A stretch of 64,000 bases of DNA, from assembly GCF_006345805.1 (NCBI RefSeq), contig NC_042999.1, positions 132,060,001 to 132,124,000 on the forward strand, written 5' to 3'. The position numbers and the translations under genes were made by a program. The stretch is from Octopus sinensis (Eukaryota). Below are positions 38,820 to 51,009 of this stretch, in pieces. Within the stretch, counting starts at the first letter, position 1. Each line of letters starts with the position of its first letter. The notes under the pieces are model-generated. The model did no database searches. It had not been told where the DNA came from and worked only from the letters and a program-made list of their open reading frames with translations.

Positions 38820-39270
38820 GGTGGAATTCTGCTTTAAGCACCCCATATAATTCCACGTAACTTTTTTATCTTTTGGAATTTTCAGAATTTTTTGTGAATA
38901 TGTGTTCTACACACAGGAAGGAATTCATGCCACTATGAAAAAAAATCTGTTTTTTAATTTTTCAAATTTTTTTTTTTAAATCACAGTTTAAAATATGGAC
39001 AGTCTGAATTTTTGGCTTAAATCCCAGCAATGGACCATTAAATGTGCTTATGGGGAGAAAGATATTGAAAAATATCAATACATCAAAGTGACAAACAAAT
39101 GAGAGTGGTATGAGGTGGTTGTGAGATGTGCGGAAAAAACAGCTAAATACCCCTTAAATCATTTTTTTTTTTTTTTGTGGGTGGTGCTTAGTTGTATGAA
39201 TTTCTGAAAATTCTAAAAAATAAAAAAAACTATGAGGGTTTATATGCTGTGTGTAAAGTAGAATTCCACC
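38820..39270. mobile_element. MITE with GG termini and 8-bp TSD (Merlin-like)
   Basis: TIRs ggtggaattctgcttta / taaagtagaattccacc, extending imperfectly inwards (ggaattttcagaatt / aatttctgaaaattct). TSD gtatcttt / gtattttt. Confidence 0.7.
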
Positions 39271-39625
39271 GTATTTTTTTAACACAGTGGTACAGCAGTT
39301 ATAGCTTGATTAACTTTACTCTAGTGTCACTTTGCAAGCCAGACGATTTGAGATTTAAAGGTCAGGCCCTGCTACCATTTTAACTTTTGCTATTGTTTGG
39401 TGATCAACAATACTTGTTCTCATGCTCAACTCAAAGCTTTAACTGATCTTACATGCGTGATGATGATGATGATGGTGATACTGGTGATGATTAAGATATT
39501 TTGCATTAGGAGGAGTCCATAGAAATTAGCTACTTGTTTCAAACGAGAAACATACCTTTCAGTTCTGTTCAAAGAATGTACAATATGCTTTAGCAATTTT
39601 ATTGTCTACAAAACATGAGGACATA

Positions 39626-40388
39626 CGTGGTCTGATCAATAAGTATACGAACTTGCCATAGTAACGAAGCTAAAGCATGCAGAGTGAAGCCACCTGGCAC
39701 AGATTGACCTTAAACATTCTTGCTCACTTCTGCTGTTTACAGCAGTGCTTCGAAGTAACGTGTTAGTGTGTGTTTGTCGCATTGGCCATGACAGAATCTG
39801 CATCACATTCTGCCAAAAGCTTGGCGATACCTGCTCAGAGGCCTATGCAAAGTTTTCATCATTCTTGATACAATCAAGGAGATTTTGTGCAACTGAAACC
39901 CAAGTGTCTTTTTGGTCAGCTGAAAGCAGTTATGGCACAAACTTGGCAGGCACGCATCTCGTACCCAAATCTTCAGTGATAATGGACTGAACTGAACTGT
40001 AACTAATTTGCATATCCTCTGATAACTCACGGATAGTGATTTGTCGATTTCGCCTCACAGCTCCACACACTTCTGCGATGTCTTTCGCAATTCTGCTGGT
40101 TCTGGGTCTCCCAGAACATTCGTCACTATCAACATTTATTCGGACATCTTGGAAATATCTGAACCACTCATACATTTTTGTGCGACTCATGCACTCCTCT
40201 CCATACACTTTCTGCAACTTTGCGTAGGCCCCTGAGCAAGTTTCGCCATGACAACTTTCTCTGTCATGGTCAATGCGACGATCACACATTTGAAGCACTG
40301 CTGTAAACAGCGGAAGTGAGCTACAATGTTAAAAATGAATACACATGCATAGCAGAGATCAAAGTCAATCTTTGCCAAGTGGCTTCAG
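39626..40388 (-). mobile_element. mariner-derived element with a duplicated, inverted 5' end
   Basis: Minus-strand peptide AYAKLQKVYGEECMSRTKMYEWFRYFQD...CSGRPRTS...RRNRQITIRELSEDMQISYSSVQSIITEDLGTRCVPAKFVP (mariner HTHs). TA plus cgtggtctgatcaataagt TIR at the left end. Confidence 0.85.
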
Positions 40389-40840
40389 CAGGATTTAAAC
40401 TCTGCCTCTCATTCTTCGAAGGTCGATAAAATTAGATAATAATTATATAGTAAATTAAAATATAGTACCAGTCAAATAGCATTGATGGTACGTACCATCT
40501 AATCTCCTTTCCCTCATACTTTAGGCCTAACTATATTAGATACCAATTACTGCCAGACTGTGCCAATCCTGTTTAAGCTAATGATGTTCTTCCACACACA
40601 TTCTATTGAACGATGCTTTAGAGATCAGTTAAGTTCCTTAGTCTCTTCTTTCCATAAACAATCTACTCGTCACTTCCACAGAGATCGCTTACCTTTTACT
40701 TGTTTCAGTTATTAGACTGCAGCCATGCTGGGGCACTGCCTTGAAGAACTTTAATCGAACAAATTGACCCCAATACTTATTTTCTTTATACCTTGTACTT
40801 ACCGTATCAGCCTCCTTTGCCGAACCACTAGGCTACAACT

Positions 40841-40877
<37 letters not shown>

Positions 40878-41185
40878 ATTAAACGATGATGATGATGATG
40901 ATGGGCATCTTTCAGTTTCCGTCTATCAAAGCTACTCACAAATCTTTGGTTGGCTCAAGGCTATAATAGAAGACACTTGCTCAAGATACCATGTAGTGGG
41001 ACTGAACCCAAGACCATGTAGTTGGGAAACAAGCTTCTTACCACACAGCCACGCCTGAATCTAAGATTCACTCACCCACACTTAACTATCATTAATTGCA
41101 TGTCCTCCTCCCACTGTCTATTACAATAGTCGCAGCTTTTCTCAAGAAACTTTTATAGTTATAGATATATACATAAATATATATA

Positions 41186-44100
41186 TCTATAACTATAAAA
41201 GAGAGTTTGTATGTGTGTGTGTGCATATGTTCCTTATGCATTCCAAAACCAAGTTACTGCTACTAACTAAACTTTATTTTTATTGACATATTTCCATTAC
41301 AAAAATTTAAAATTTCAATCTTTTGCACAACTCAACTATCGTAAGCATTTTATACGACGACGACGACAATAACGTCACATTTTCTATATGTGTGTGTATC
41401 TTAAAAGACATCCATCATTACGACACACACCACTCACCCACTCTATCTCTCTCTCGTACGCTCACACACACACGTCCACTTCATATACACGTCCATACAT
41501 CTTATTTTTACGGAATGACCGAGTGAAACGAAGAATGAGAAAAAGACAGAGAAACACAAGAAAGAAACAGGGACAGAAAACAAGCTTCTATAAGGAGAAG
41601 CTGAAAGACGGTTAGCGGGTGAGAGACAGACACTGATGTTTCATACCCTATACTCTTTACTCTTTTACTTGTTTCAGTCATTTGACTGTGACCATGCTGG
41701 AGCACCGCCTTTTACTCGAGCAAATCAACCCCAGGACTTATTCTTTGTAAGCCTAGTTATAATATCTCTCTCTTTTTGCCGAACCGCTAAGTTACGAGAC
41801 GTAAACACACCAGCATCAGTTGTCAAGCGATGTTGGGGGGGACAAACATATACACGCACACACACACACACATATATATGTGTGTATATATATATATATA
41901 TACGACGGGCTTCTTTCAGTTCCGTCTACCAAATCCACTCACAAGGCTTTGGTCAGCCCAAGGCTATAGTAGAAGACACTTGGCCAAGGTTCCACGCTGT
42001 GGGACTGAACCCGGAACCATGTAGTTCGTAAGCAAGCTACTTACCACACAGCCACTCCTACACCTATGTATGTTCTATAGTTGAAAGTGAAAGAAATCCA
42101 GCACGAAATTGATACTGTATGTTCTATAGGTGAAGGTGAAAGAAAGCGGCACAAAGGGAGGGGAAAGCGGGAGAGAAGGTGACTTCAAGACCCCAGAAAT
42201 GTGGTCGTGTTGTATAATTTTAACATCAGTTTCACTTTCGTCCCATGTTTCACGCATGTGTAGAATTAGGCGTTATCTTTCTCTTTCAATTTCTTATTAT
42301 AATGTACGGAGACCTTCTACTGTTAACACATTACAACTTCACTACGTTTCCTTCTTTGGAATTAAGAAAGATATGCAAAAATAACTTCCTTTGGCACGCA
42401 CACACACACACAGAGTTAAAGTTCTGAATGACATGTTTTTGCTGTGCGCTAAATTACAGCTCAAATCCTGTGGAAATTACCTTTTCCTATTCTGTCATTC
42501 CTGTTTGTGAGGAGCGTACTTCAAAACCTGATCTTCCATTTAAACTTACAAAGAAGTTATCTCAGAAACACTGTCCTTTTCCTGTTGTTTCTAGCATGTC
42601 CGACTTATTTCTTTCCTCAATTTCCTCACATTACTATGTTTTCCATACAGGAGATTTGCATTTTGCCCGAAAGCGAGTAGCTGATAGGTGGGGGAAGGAG
42701 CATTCGGTATTTCTTTCAGAAAAATTAAATTTTCAAAATCAACTTATATTTCTCACATTCATAGTCTCTATTTTTCCACGTACATAAAAAGCAAAATTTG
42801 GAAAACAGTTAAAACTTAGAAAATTTCGGCGGGGATGGTAAAAATTATAATTTTGAAAACAAGATTTCTGGCCAAAATCATATTAACCCCTTTTTATTCC
42901 ATGAAACAGTACACAGTTTGGGATCCTTCTTAAGAACATAAATCACATTCACGCAAATTGTACCCTCCACTTCTCTTCTGGACAAACAATAACTTCCATT
43001 ACGCTTAAGACAGAGCATAGCCAAATTATTCACTGTTTACCGCTTCTTTTCAAAATGACGGTATACAAATTGACATATGTATTTTCCCACATCTTTTCAT
43101 TCGTTACTAAAAAATTAAATTATACAATGTACATCTTCAAATTGCTATGTGTTCCATTTTATATGTTCCTTAATCGTTCGCTCTTTTCAGCCATGCCACC
43201 AAAACAAAGACATTCTCATTTATCTCCACAAATAAGGGCTGCAAAGAAAATTGCCTCTATTCATGCTCAAGAAAACTCATTTCAGTGATGCCAAATGTGT
43301 AATATTTGAAAACGATCACAGACAGCAGAAGTTCTGCTCTAAACTACACTTATTGTCTGGGATGAATGCACGATGGTGCACTAGAAGCCTAAAATAGGTC
43401 ACTAAGGGATATTAGAAACAGTACTGCCATTATGGGGCGCTTAACAATTGTCCTTGCGGGGGATTTCCGTTAAATATTGCCAGTCATACCACAGGGTATG
43501 CGAGCTGACGATATCTATGTGTGTCTAAGTTTTCACTTCTGTGAAAGTTTGTTCATCAGCTTTCATTAAGCAACAATATGAGAGCTCATCTCTACAACAA
43601 CCCCTTAGCTGAGGAATTCTTTCATCAAATTCTACTAATTGGAAATGGCGCTTTACCATTGAATAACACCCTGCAATAGCATGTACTGCAATGTGGGCTT
43701 AAAGAAAAGGTATTTCTCACATTGCAAGATAACTTCAAAAGCATAGCATGGTTCTCAGAGAGAGCTATTTTGCACCTTGGGCTGAAAGCATTGATAGAGT
43801 AATCCATGAACTTCACATTCTAACTTGAGATGCTTCAATGTTTGTCTCCATTGATACAACCATCGACAAACATGCCACTGTTGACTATCCAGTTGAATTT
43901 CTCAACTCTCTACAACCTGCAGGACTGCCACCGCATTAGTTTTTCCTAAAGAAAGGTACACTGAGTAATTTTCAGCCCACCACGACTATGCAATGGTACA
44001 AGCAACCATTATTGCTGGCTGTCATCAAGGAGAGATCACCTACATTCCCCTCATTCACTCAAATGTGTCATTTCAATTCCAGCGCCTCCAGTTCCCAGTG

Positions 44101-44290
44101 CAATTATGCTTCGCTATGACCATCAACAAAGCCTAGGGTCAAACTTTACAAATACCCTGCTTTTCTCATGGACAACTATACATCGCTTGCTCTCGAGTTA
44201 GCAGTGCAGATGACTTGTATATTTATTCTATCAATACTAGGCTTACGCAAAACGTAGTTTACCCAAAAAGCATTGTCAGTTTCACTTAAC
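41186..44290 (+). mobile_element. Internally deleted, degraded Helitron (extent tentative; SINE family 1 nested at 41651-42065)
   Basis: A|TCTATAACTATAAAAGAGAGTTTGTATG at 41186 looks like a Helitron 5' end. Short N-terminal MPPKQRHSHLSPQIRAAKK at 43193 joins directly to the helicase. The 3' terminus was not found. Confidence 0.5.
43320..44275 (+). pseudogene. Helitron RepHel PIF1-family helicase remnant
   Basis: [90 protein letters not shown], with many stops and frameshifts. Confidence 0.93.
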
Positions 44291-44639
44291 ATATGTTGAA
44301 GTGTGCAGTCTGCCCAAACAACAGAGATAAAGCTTTTCACAATCCAGCAGCTTTCTTTCCATGTACCTTATTTACTTCAATATGGATACCTCTATGCCCT
44401 CATACTTCGCCTAATTCTTTAACTCCACGAGTCTAGGTAATTCTGGGGGCAAAATTAGGATTTATTTCTAATCTAAGCTGCCATTCTACATGATGAGAAG
44501 ATTGCATTGCTTTACACCATTTTATTCTTTCTGAAATAATACCAATGTTTTTTTCGAAACATATGTCAAAAGTAAATAGATTTGAATAACACCTGCGTTT
44601 AACTCCATTTATTTATTTATACATCTATCTAGCTATCTA

Positions 44640-44681
<42 letters not shown>

Positions 44682-44743
44682 TATATATGCATACGTATAT
44701 ATATATATATATATATATGCATACGTATATATATATATATATA

Positions 44744-46395
44744 TTTATCATAGTCCTCCAGGCAATAACGGAGGAATTCAAGACAGGATGCCCTTGGGAG
44801 CTCCTCTATGCTGATGACCTTGCTCTAATTGCTGAGTCGCTATCAGAACTGGAGGAGAAGTTTCAGGTGTGGAAACAAGGATTAGAATCGAAGGGTCTCA
44901 GAGTCAATCTAGCTAAAACCAAAGTCGTAATCAGTAGGAAGGTAGACAAATCACAAACACCTTCAGGTAGATGGCCCTGCTCGATCTGTAGAAAAGTGTG
45001 TAGGTAGAAACTCTATAAGATGCACCAAGTGTAAGCTATGGACACATAAGAGATGCAGCAATGTCAAAGGAAGGCTAACTAGGAAGATGGTTTTTGTATG
45101 TGGCAGATGCTCAGGAACAATAAACACTAAACACTGAAAATGCTCTGAGACCAACTTCCGTCACTTTCCAGGGAGAAAAACTAGAAATAGTTGATAGTTT
45201 CCGTTACCTAGGTGACCAAGTCAGCAGCGGGGGGCGGGTGTGCTGAAAGTGTAACTGCTAGAGTAAGAATAGCTTGGGCAAAGTTCAGAGAGCTCTTACC
45301 TCTGCTGGTGACAAAAGGCCTCTCGCACAGAGTGAAAGGCAGACTGTATGATGCGTGTGTACGAACAGCCATGCTACATGGCAGTGAAACATGGGCCGTG
45401 ACTGCTGAGGATATGCGTAAGCTCGCTAGAAATGAAGCCAGTATGCTCCGATGGATGTGTATGCCGGTACTCACACTCGGCAGAGTGTAAGTACCTTGAG
45501 AGAAAAGCTGGACCTAAGAAGCATCAGTTGTGTGTGCGAAAGAGAGACGTTTGCGCTTGTATGGTCATGTGGCGAGAATGGATGAAGATAGTTGTGTGAA
45601 AAAGTGCCACACCCTAGCGGTTGAGGGAACCTGTGGAAGAAGCAGACCAGGAAAACCTGGGACGAGGTGGTGAAGCATGACCTTCGAACTTTAGGTCTCA
45701 CTGAGGAAATGACTAGAGACCGAGACCTCTGGAAGTGTGCTGTGCGCGAGAAGACCCGGCAGGACAAGTGAGTCCACAACCCGTGGCCTTCTACATGGGA
45801 TGGAGCCAGCCTACGTATGCATACCTTCCCTTCTTGGACACAAAACTCTACTTGTGAAGACGTGTTGAGGCAAGTGAGGATCAGAATCGAAATCGATCAA
45901 TGGAAATTGCGGATGTGCTACCAGTGCCGGTGGCATGTCGAAACTCTGCTTGTGAAGACCCATTGAGGCAAGTGAGGATCAGAATCGAAATCGATCAATG
46001 GAAATCGATCAATGGAAATCGATCAATGGAAATTGCAGATGTGTTACCAGTGCCGGTGGCATGTAAGAGAACTTTCCGTTTCGCGACCGTTGCCAGCACC
46101 GCCCCGTTTCGTGTCCGTTGCCAGCCTCGCCTGGCCCTCGGCCGGTGGCACATAAAAAGCACCATCCGTTCGTGGCCGTTTGCCAGCTCTGTCTGGCACC
46201 AGTGCGGGTGGCACGTAAAAAGCACCCACTACACTCACGGAGGGGTTGGCGTTAGGAAGGGCATCCAGCCGTAGAAACACTGCCAGATTTGACTGGGCCT
46301 GATGAAGCCTTCTGGCTTCACAGACCCCAGTAGAACCGTCCAACCCATGCTAGCATGGAAAACGGACGCTAAATGATGATGATGATGATGATGAT
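44744..46395 (+). mobile_element. 5'-truncated RTE-clade LINE: RT C-terminal half (stop about 45771), repeat-containing 3'UTR and (GAT)n tail
   Basis: [82 protein letters not shown]-like and DRDLWKCAV motifs. Few frameshifts and intact CpGs suggest a young copy inserted in a (TA)n tract. Confidence 0.95.
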
Positions 46396-48472
46396 ATATA
46401 TATATATATATACATACATACATACATACATATACATATAACTATTTTTACTTGTTTCAGTCGCTTGACTGCGGCCATGCTGGAGCACTGCTTTGAAGTG
46501 TTTTTGTCAAACAATTTGAATCTGAAAGCTTTGTTTTTAAGCCTAGTATTTATTCTATTGGTCTCTTATCCCGAACCACTAAGTTATGGAGCCATAAATA
46601 CACCAACGCCGGTTGTCAAGTGTTGACGGGTAGACATAAAGACACAAATACATATACATACAACGGGCTTGTTTCAGTTTCCATCGAGCAAATGTACTCA
46701 CAAGTAAAACTCATAACTCAAAGAAGCTTCTCGTGTGTGTTCAATTCAAATAAAGGAATAAAAAAAATGAAAAAAAGAAAAACGAACGTGAGGCCACGCA
46801 CAAGAAATGTATTAGCTTGACGTTCAAGCATAGCTTTTCATCAGAAAGGAGAAAGGGAAAAGTCCAGAGATGGAAAAGAAATTGCCAACGGCACTCATAT
46901 TGTTACATGTGTGTGTTTGTCCCCTCACCACCGCCTGACAACCGGTGTTCGTGTGTTAACAGTCCCGTATCTTAGCGATTCAGCAAAAGAGACTGATATA
47001 ATAAGTACCAGGCTTTGTAAATAAAAATAATATTAATAAATACTGGGTTCGATTCGTTCGACTAAAATTCTTCAAGGCAGTGCCCCAGCATGGCCACTGT
47101 CTTATGACTGAAATGAATCTTGGGCAAGTGTCTTCTGCTATAGCCCCGGGCCGACCAATGCCTTGTGAGTGGATTTGGTAGACGGAAACTGAAAGAAGCC
47201 TGTCGTATATATGTATATATATATATGTGTGTGTCTGTGTTTGTCCCCCTAGCATTGCTTGACAACCGATGCTGGTGTGTTTATGTCCCCGTCACTTAGC
47301 GGTTCGGCAAAAGAGACCAATAGAATAAGTACTGGGCTTACAAAGTATAAGTCCCGGGGTCGATTTGCTCGACTAAAGGCGGTGCTCCAGCATGGCCGCA
47401 GTCAAATGACTGAAGCAAGTAAAAGAGTAAAGAGAGGGATAAGTTTTTTCGACTAAAGCTTTCAAGATGGTGCCTCAGTATGGCCACTGTCCAATGACTG
47501 AAACAAATAGAGTATGAATTTTAGATCTCGTTCTTTATAATAGACGAGGAACTGTCAAAACACAGTCACACATTGTATAGAATTGTTGTTCATCTCTAAT
47601 TTATGCAAATAAAAAATATAATCTGTAAACTGAAAAAAGCTTAACACAAAACTTTAAAAAGAAGCTGTAATCTTGCTTTTCAACACGACTAAGTTGGAGA
47701 ACATTGTGTGCAATGATCTTGTTTTTCATCACAATTAATTTAAAGAACATTGTGTATATGAAATGATTAAATTATAAATTAAACTTAAGTAAATGAAAAC
47801 GACTGCAAAAAAAAACAAAGTGAGAACAGTTAAACTTGTTAAAACAGAGTGCAAACAAAAATATAATGGAGAAATGTGAAACAAGGAAGGGTATTTACAC
47901 AATGAAGAAGAAAAAAAAAAACAGAAGAAACTCGTTAGAAGAACAAATGGAAGAATAATGAAACGATTAAAAGTTGCTTGCAGACATTGGTTTAGAAATG
48001 CATGAAAGGGGGAAAATGAAGAGATGAAAATGGATGACTAATGTAATTCTATCATAAATGGAAGAAAGACGTACAAGAATAAAAATTAAAAATAAACATA
48101 ACGGATTAAATAAACATTTAAGGGGAAAAGTCCATTCTGTATCTTGAAATTAAAATTACTTATTTATCAATGCCAAGTAGTTGACACATCTTTAAAAATC
48201 TGTATAATTCCATATATATGTATATATATTTATATGTCTTCCCCCTAGCAATATGTCCATTTTTCAACCCTTAGCTGAATGAGCAATGCAAAACCGGTTC
48301 TTACTTTAATTATGTTGAAAGAACAAAATCTTATTTTGTACAAAATTATATATCTTTATTATTATTATGAATCTAATATACTCCTTAATCTTGTAAAACA
48401 AATCTTGTGTTTTTTCATCTTTTCTTTTTATGTGTATGTATGTATGTATGTATGTATGTATGTATATATATA

Positions 48473-48514
<42 letters not shown>

Positions 48515-48518
<4 letters not shown>

Positions 48519-49190
48519 AAAACAAAAAATGGAACAAGAATATAACAGGCGACAACAAAACATCCAGACAGACGATACAAAAAAGGACAGGAAAAAACAA
48601 GGACGGGTCATTCGGAGTTTTCTATCTTAGTTCCAGATTTTCTCACCAGTTTCAGCCGGTTACACTCCAGACTGCTTCAATCTGGCCAGTCCCAAGAAAA
48701 TCTAAGCTAAGAGCACTAGATTCCTTGAAAGAAAGTAAGCGAATGTATACGAAAAAAGGACAAAAAAAAAACGGAGAAATAGTACACAAATACAAATACA
48801 AACAACAGGACATTAACAATAGGTGTCTTTCGACTAAGGACGAATTAAATTAAGCTGGCGTGTGTGGAAGTGATGCCTTTCGGCAGGGACATAAGAGATG
48901 GAAGTCATGGGAAGAAATATAGATGTTAGACGGATGGTAGTCGAACCACGAAAGAAAGGTCAAGCTTGACGGAACACCGGTCACATGGAAGGAGAATAAA
49001 GAGTTAGAGGCAGAGGGATAGAAGAATTAAGAAGGGACAAGAAAGAAAAAAGAAAAGAGACAGAGTGAGGTAAAAGTGAAGGGAAGGCCAAGAAATGTGA
49101 GAGAGGGGGAGCGAGAAAAAGAAAAGTGGAAAGAATGAATTAAGTGTGGAGAAGCTGAAAGAAAGAATAAGAGAGTCGTACAGAATTTAT
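48515..49190. repeat. Unclassified dispersed repeat (possibly Penelope-like); related copy inverted at about 56085-56360
   Basis: aagaaaatctaagctaagagcactagattccttgaaagaaag...cgaatgtatac is the reverse complement of gtatacattcg...ctttcttccaaggaatctaatgcgtttggcttagattttc at 56137-56190. Confidence 0.5.
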
Positions 49191-49294
49191 ACATATATAT
49201 ATATATGTGTGTGTGTGTGTGCTTGCATATAAGAGACCAAAAGTGTTCGTACGCCGCTATATGTATATATAAAAAAGAAAACAAAAAATGGAAT

Positions 49295-49515
49295 ACTTTA
49301 ATGCTGCTCGGTGTTTCATGTTCCTGTTCTTCGGGCAGTTGTGATCAAGAATCTTGATCACAACTGTCCGACGAATGAGAACGTGAAACTCTGAGTAGTA
49401 GTTTTTATGATGCTTTTTGCAGCTTTAATAAAAAAAAAAGTATATTACTCTACCTTCGGTATTTGAGTACTGTTTTCCCCACCTTGTTTTGCATTTATGT
49501 GCTTATTCGTGTGTA
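49295..49515 (+). mobile_element. Penelope-like remnant, family A, with an inverted pair of degenerate hammerhead motifs
   Basis: Palindromic centre tgtgatcaaga-a-tcttgatcaca. The flank cagctttaataaa...tatattactctacc...caccttgttttgc matches 57290-57375 reversed. Confidence 0.55.
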
Positions 49516-49892
49516 TATACATATAAATATATAAACACACACACACACTGGTTGTAGGGGACACACACATCCACGAAGATACATACGACGAGCATCTTTT
49601 AGTTCCTGTCTACCGAATCCACTTTTGTCGACCCAAGGCTATAGTAGAAGACACTTACCCAAGTGGGACTCAACTCGGAACCATTTGGTTATGAAGCAAA
49701 CTTCATGCCACATAGCCTCGCTTGTGCCTATAGTTAGTGTTAATTTATTCTAAACAGAGATTACTTGAGTAAAGACATGGGTGGAATTCAAATTGCACCA
49801 AATGAATATAAATGATCCTTTGATTGCTAGATCGACTTTTTTTTTTTATTGAGATAATGATCATAAGGCTATTTGAGAGCAAAATTAAATAT

Positions 49893-50292
49893 TCTTTTCT
49901 GCTCTAGGCACAAGGCCCGAAATTTTGGGGTAGGAAGGCAGTCGATTAGATCGACCCCAGTACGCAACGGGTACTTAATTTATCGAGCCCAAAAGGATGA
50001 AAGGGAAACTCAATCTAGGCGGAATTTGAACTCAGAACGTAGCGACAGACGAAATACCTATTTCTTTACTGCCCACAAGGGTCTACACACAGAGGGGACA
50101 AACAAGGACGGACAAACGAATTAAGTCGATTAGATCGACCCCAGTGCGTAACTGGTACTTATTTAATCGACCCCGAAAGGATGAAAGGTAAAGTCGACCT
50201 CGGCGGAATTTGAACTCAGAACGTAGCGGCAGACGAAATACCGCAAAGCATTTAGCCCGGCGTGCTAACGTTTCTGCCAAATCGCCGCCCTA
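49893..50292 (-). mobile_element. SINE family 2, young dimer-like copy
   Basis: Two successive gtcgattagatcgaccccag...aaggatgaaagg...ggcggaatttgaactcagaacgtagc units. CpG-rich. Confidence 0.85.
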
Positions 50293-50638
50293 AATTAAAT
50301 AAATATTGAATATTCTAGTTCTTACCATGTAACACATATAACAGACACACATCAGACATAGCGGTAACCACAACACTGGCATTCATACCAACTATAACGC
50401 AAACCGCCCCACCCTAATAGATAGTAGTTTGATTTAGTGATGGGTAAACGAAGATAAAATAGTAAACATGTTTATATATAAACAGGCGTCACTGTGAGGT
50501 AAGAAGATTGTTTCCCAACCACATGGTCATGGGTTCAGTCACACTGCGTGGCACTTTGGCCAGGGGTCTTCTTCTTTAGCCTCAGGCCGACCGAAGTCTT
50601 GTGAGTGGATTTTGTAGATGGAAACTGAAAGAAGCCCG

Positions 50639-50694
<56 letters not shown>

Positions 50695-51009
50695 ATACAT
50701 ACATACATACATGCATACATATCGTTTTTGTATTTGGTTTGCAAGATTCTTTATGTTAATTCGTGTGTTGAAGCATATTTTATTGTATTTGGGAAGAGTC
50801 ATTCTCTTTTAGAGTCTTTTACTGAACGGACGTATTTTTGCTGCTGCGAGTTAATTGTAGGTTTACATTTTATTACTTTGTTATTACCAGTGATTGTTAA
50901 CACCTTGTTTTCTGTGTCGCTTCGACACATTGCCTGCTTTTGAGCAGGGTTGTTTTTATGCAAAATCCCTGAATTATTTTATTTCTCCTTTTTTGTGTAA
51001 TATTATTTT

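Noticed and set aside
43320-44275. Host PIF1 helicase gene
   Set aside because: It is intronless, has many stops and frameshifts, and carries motifs typical of Helitron RepHel proteins.
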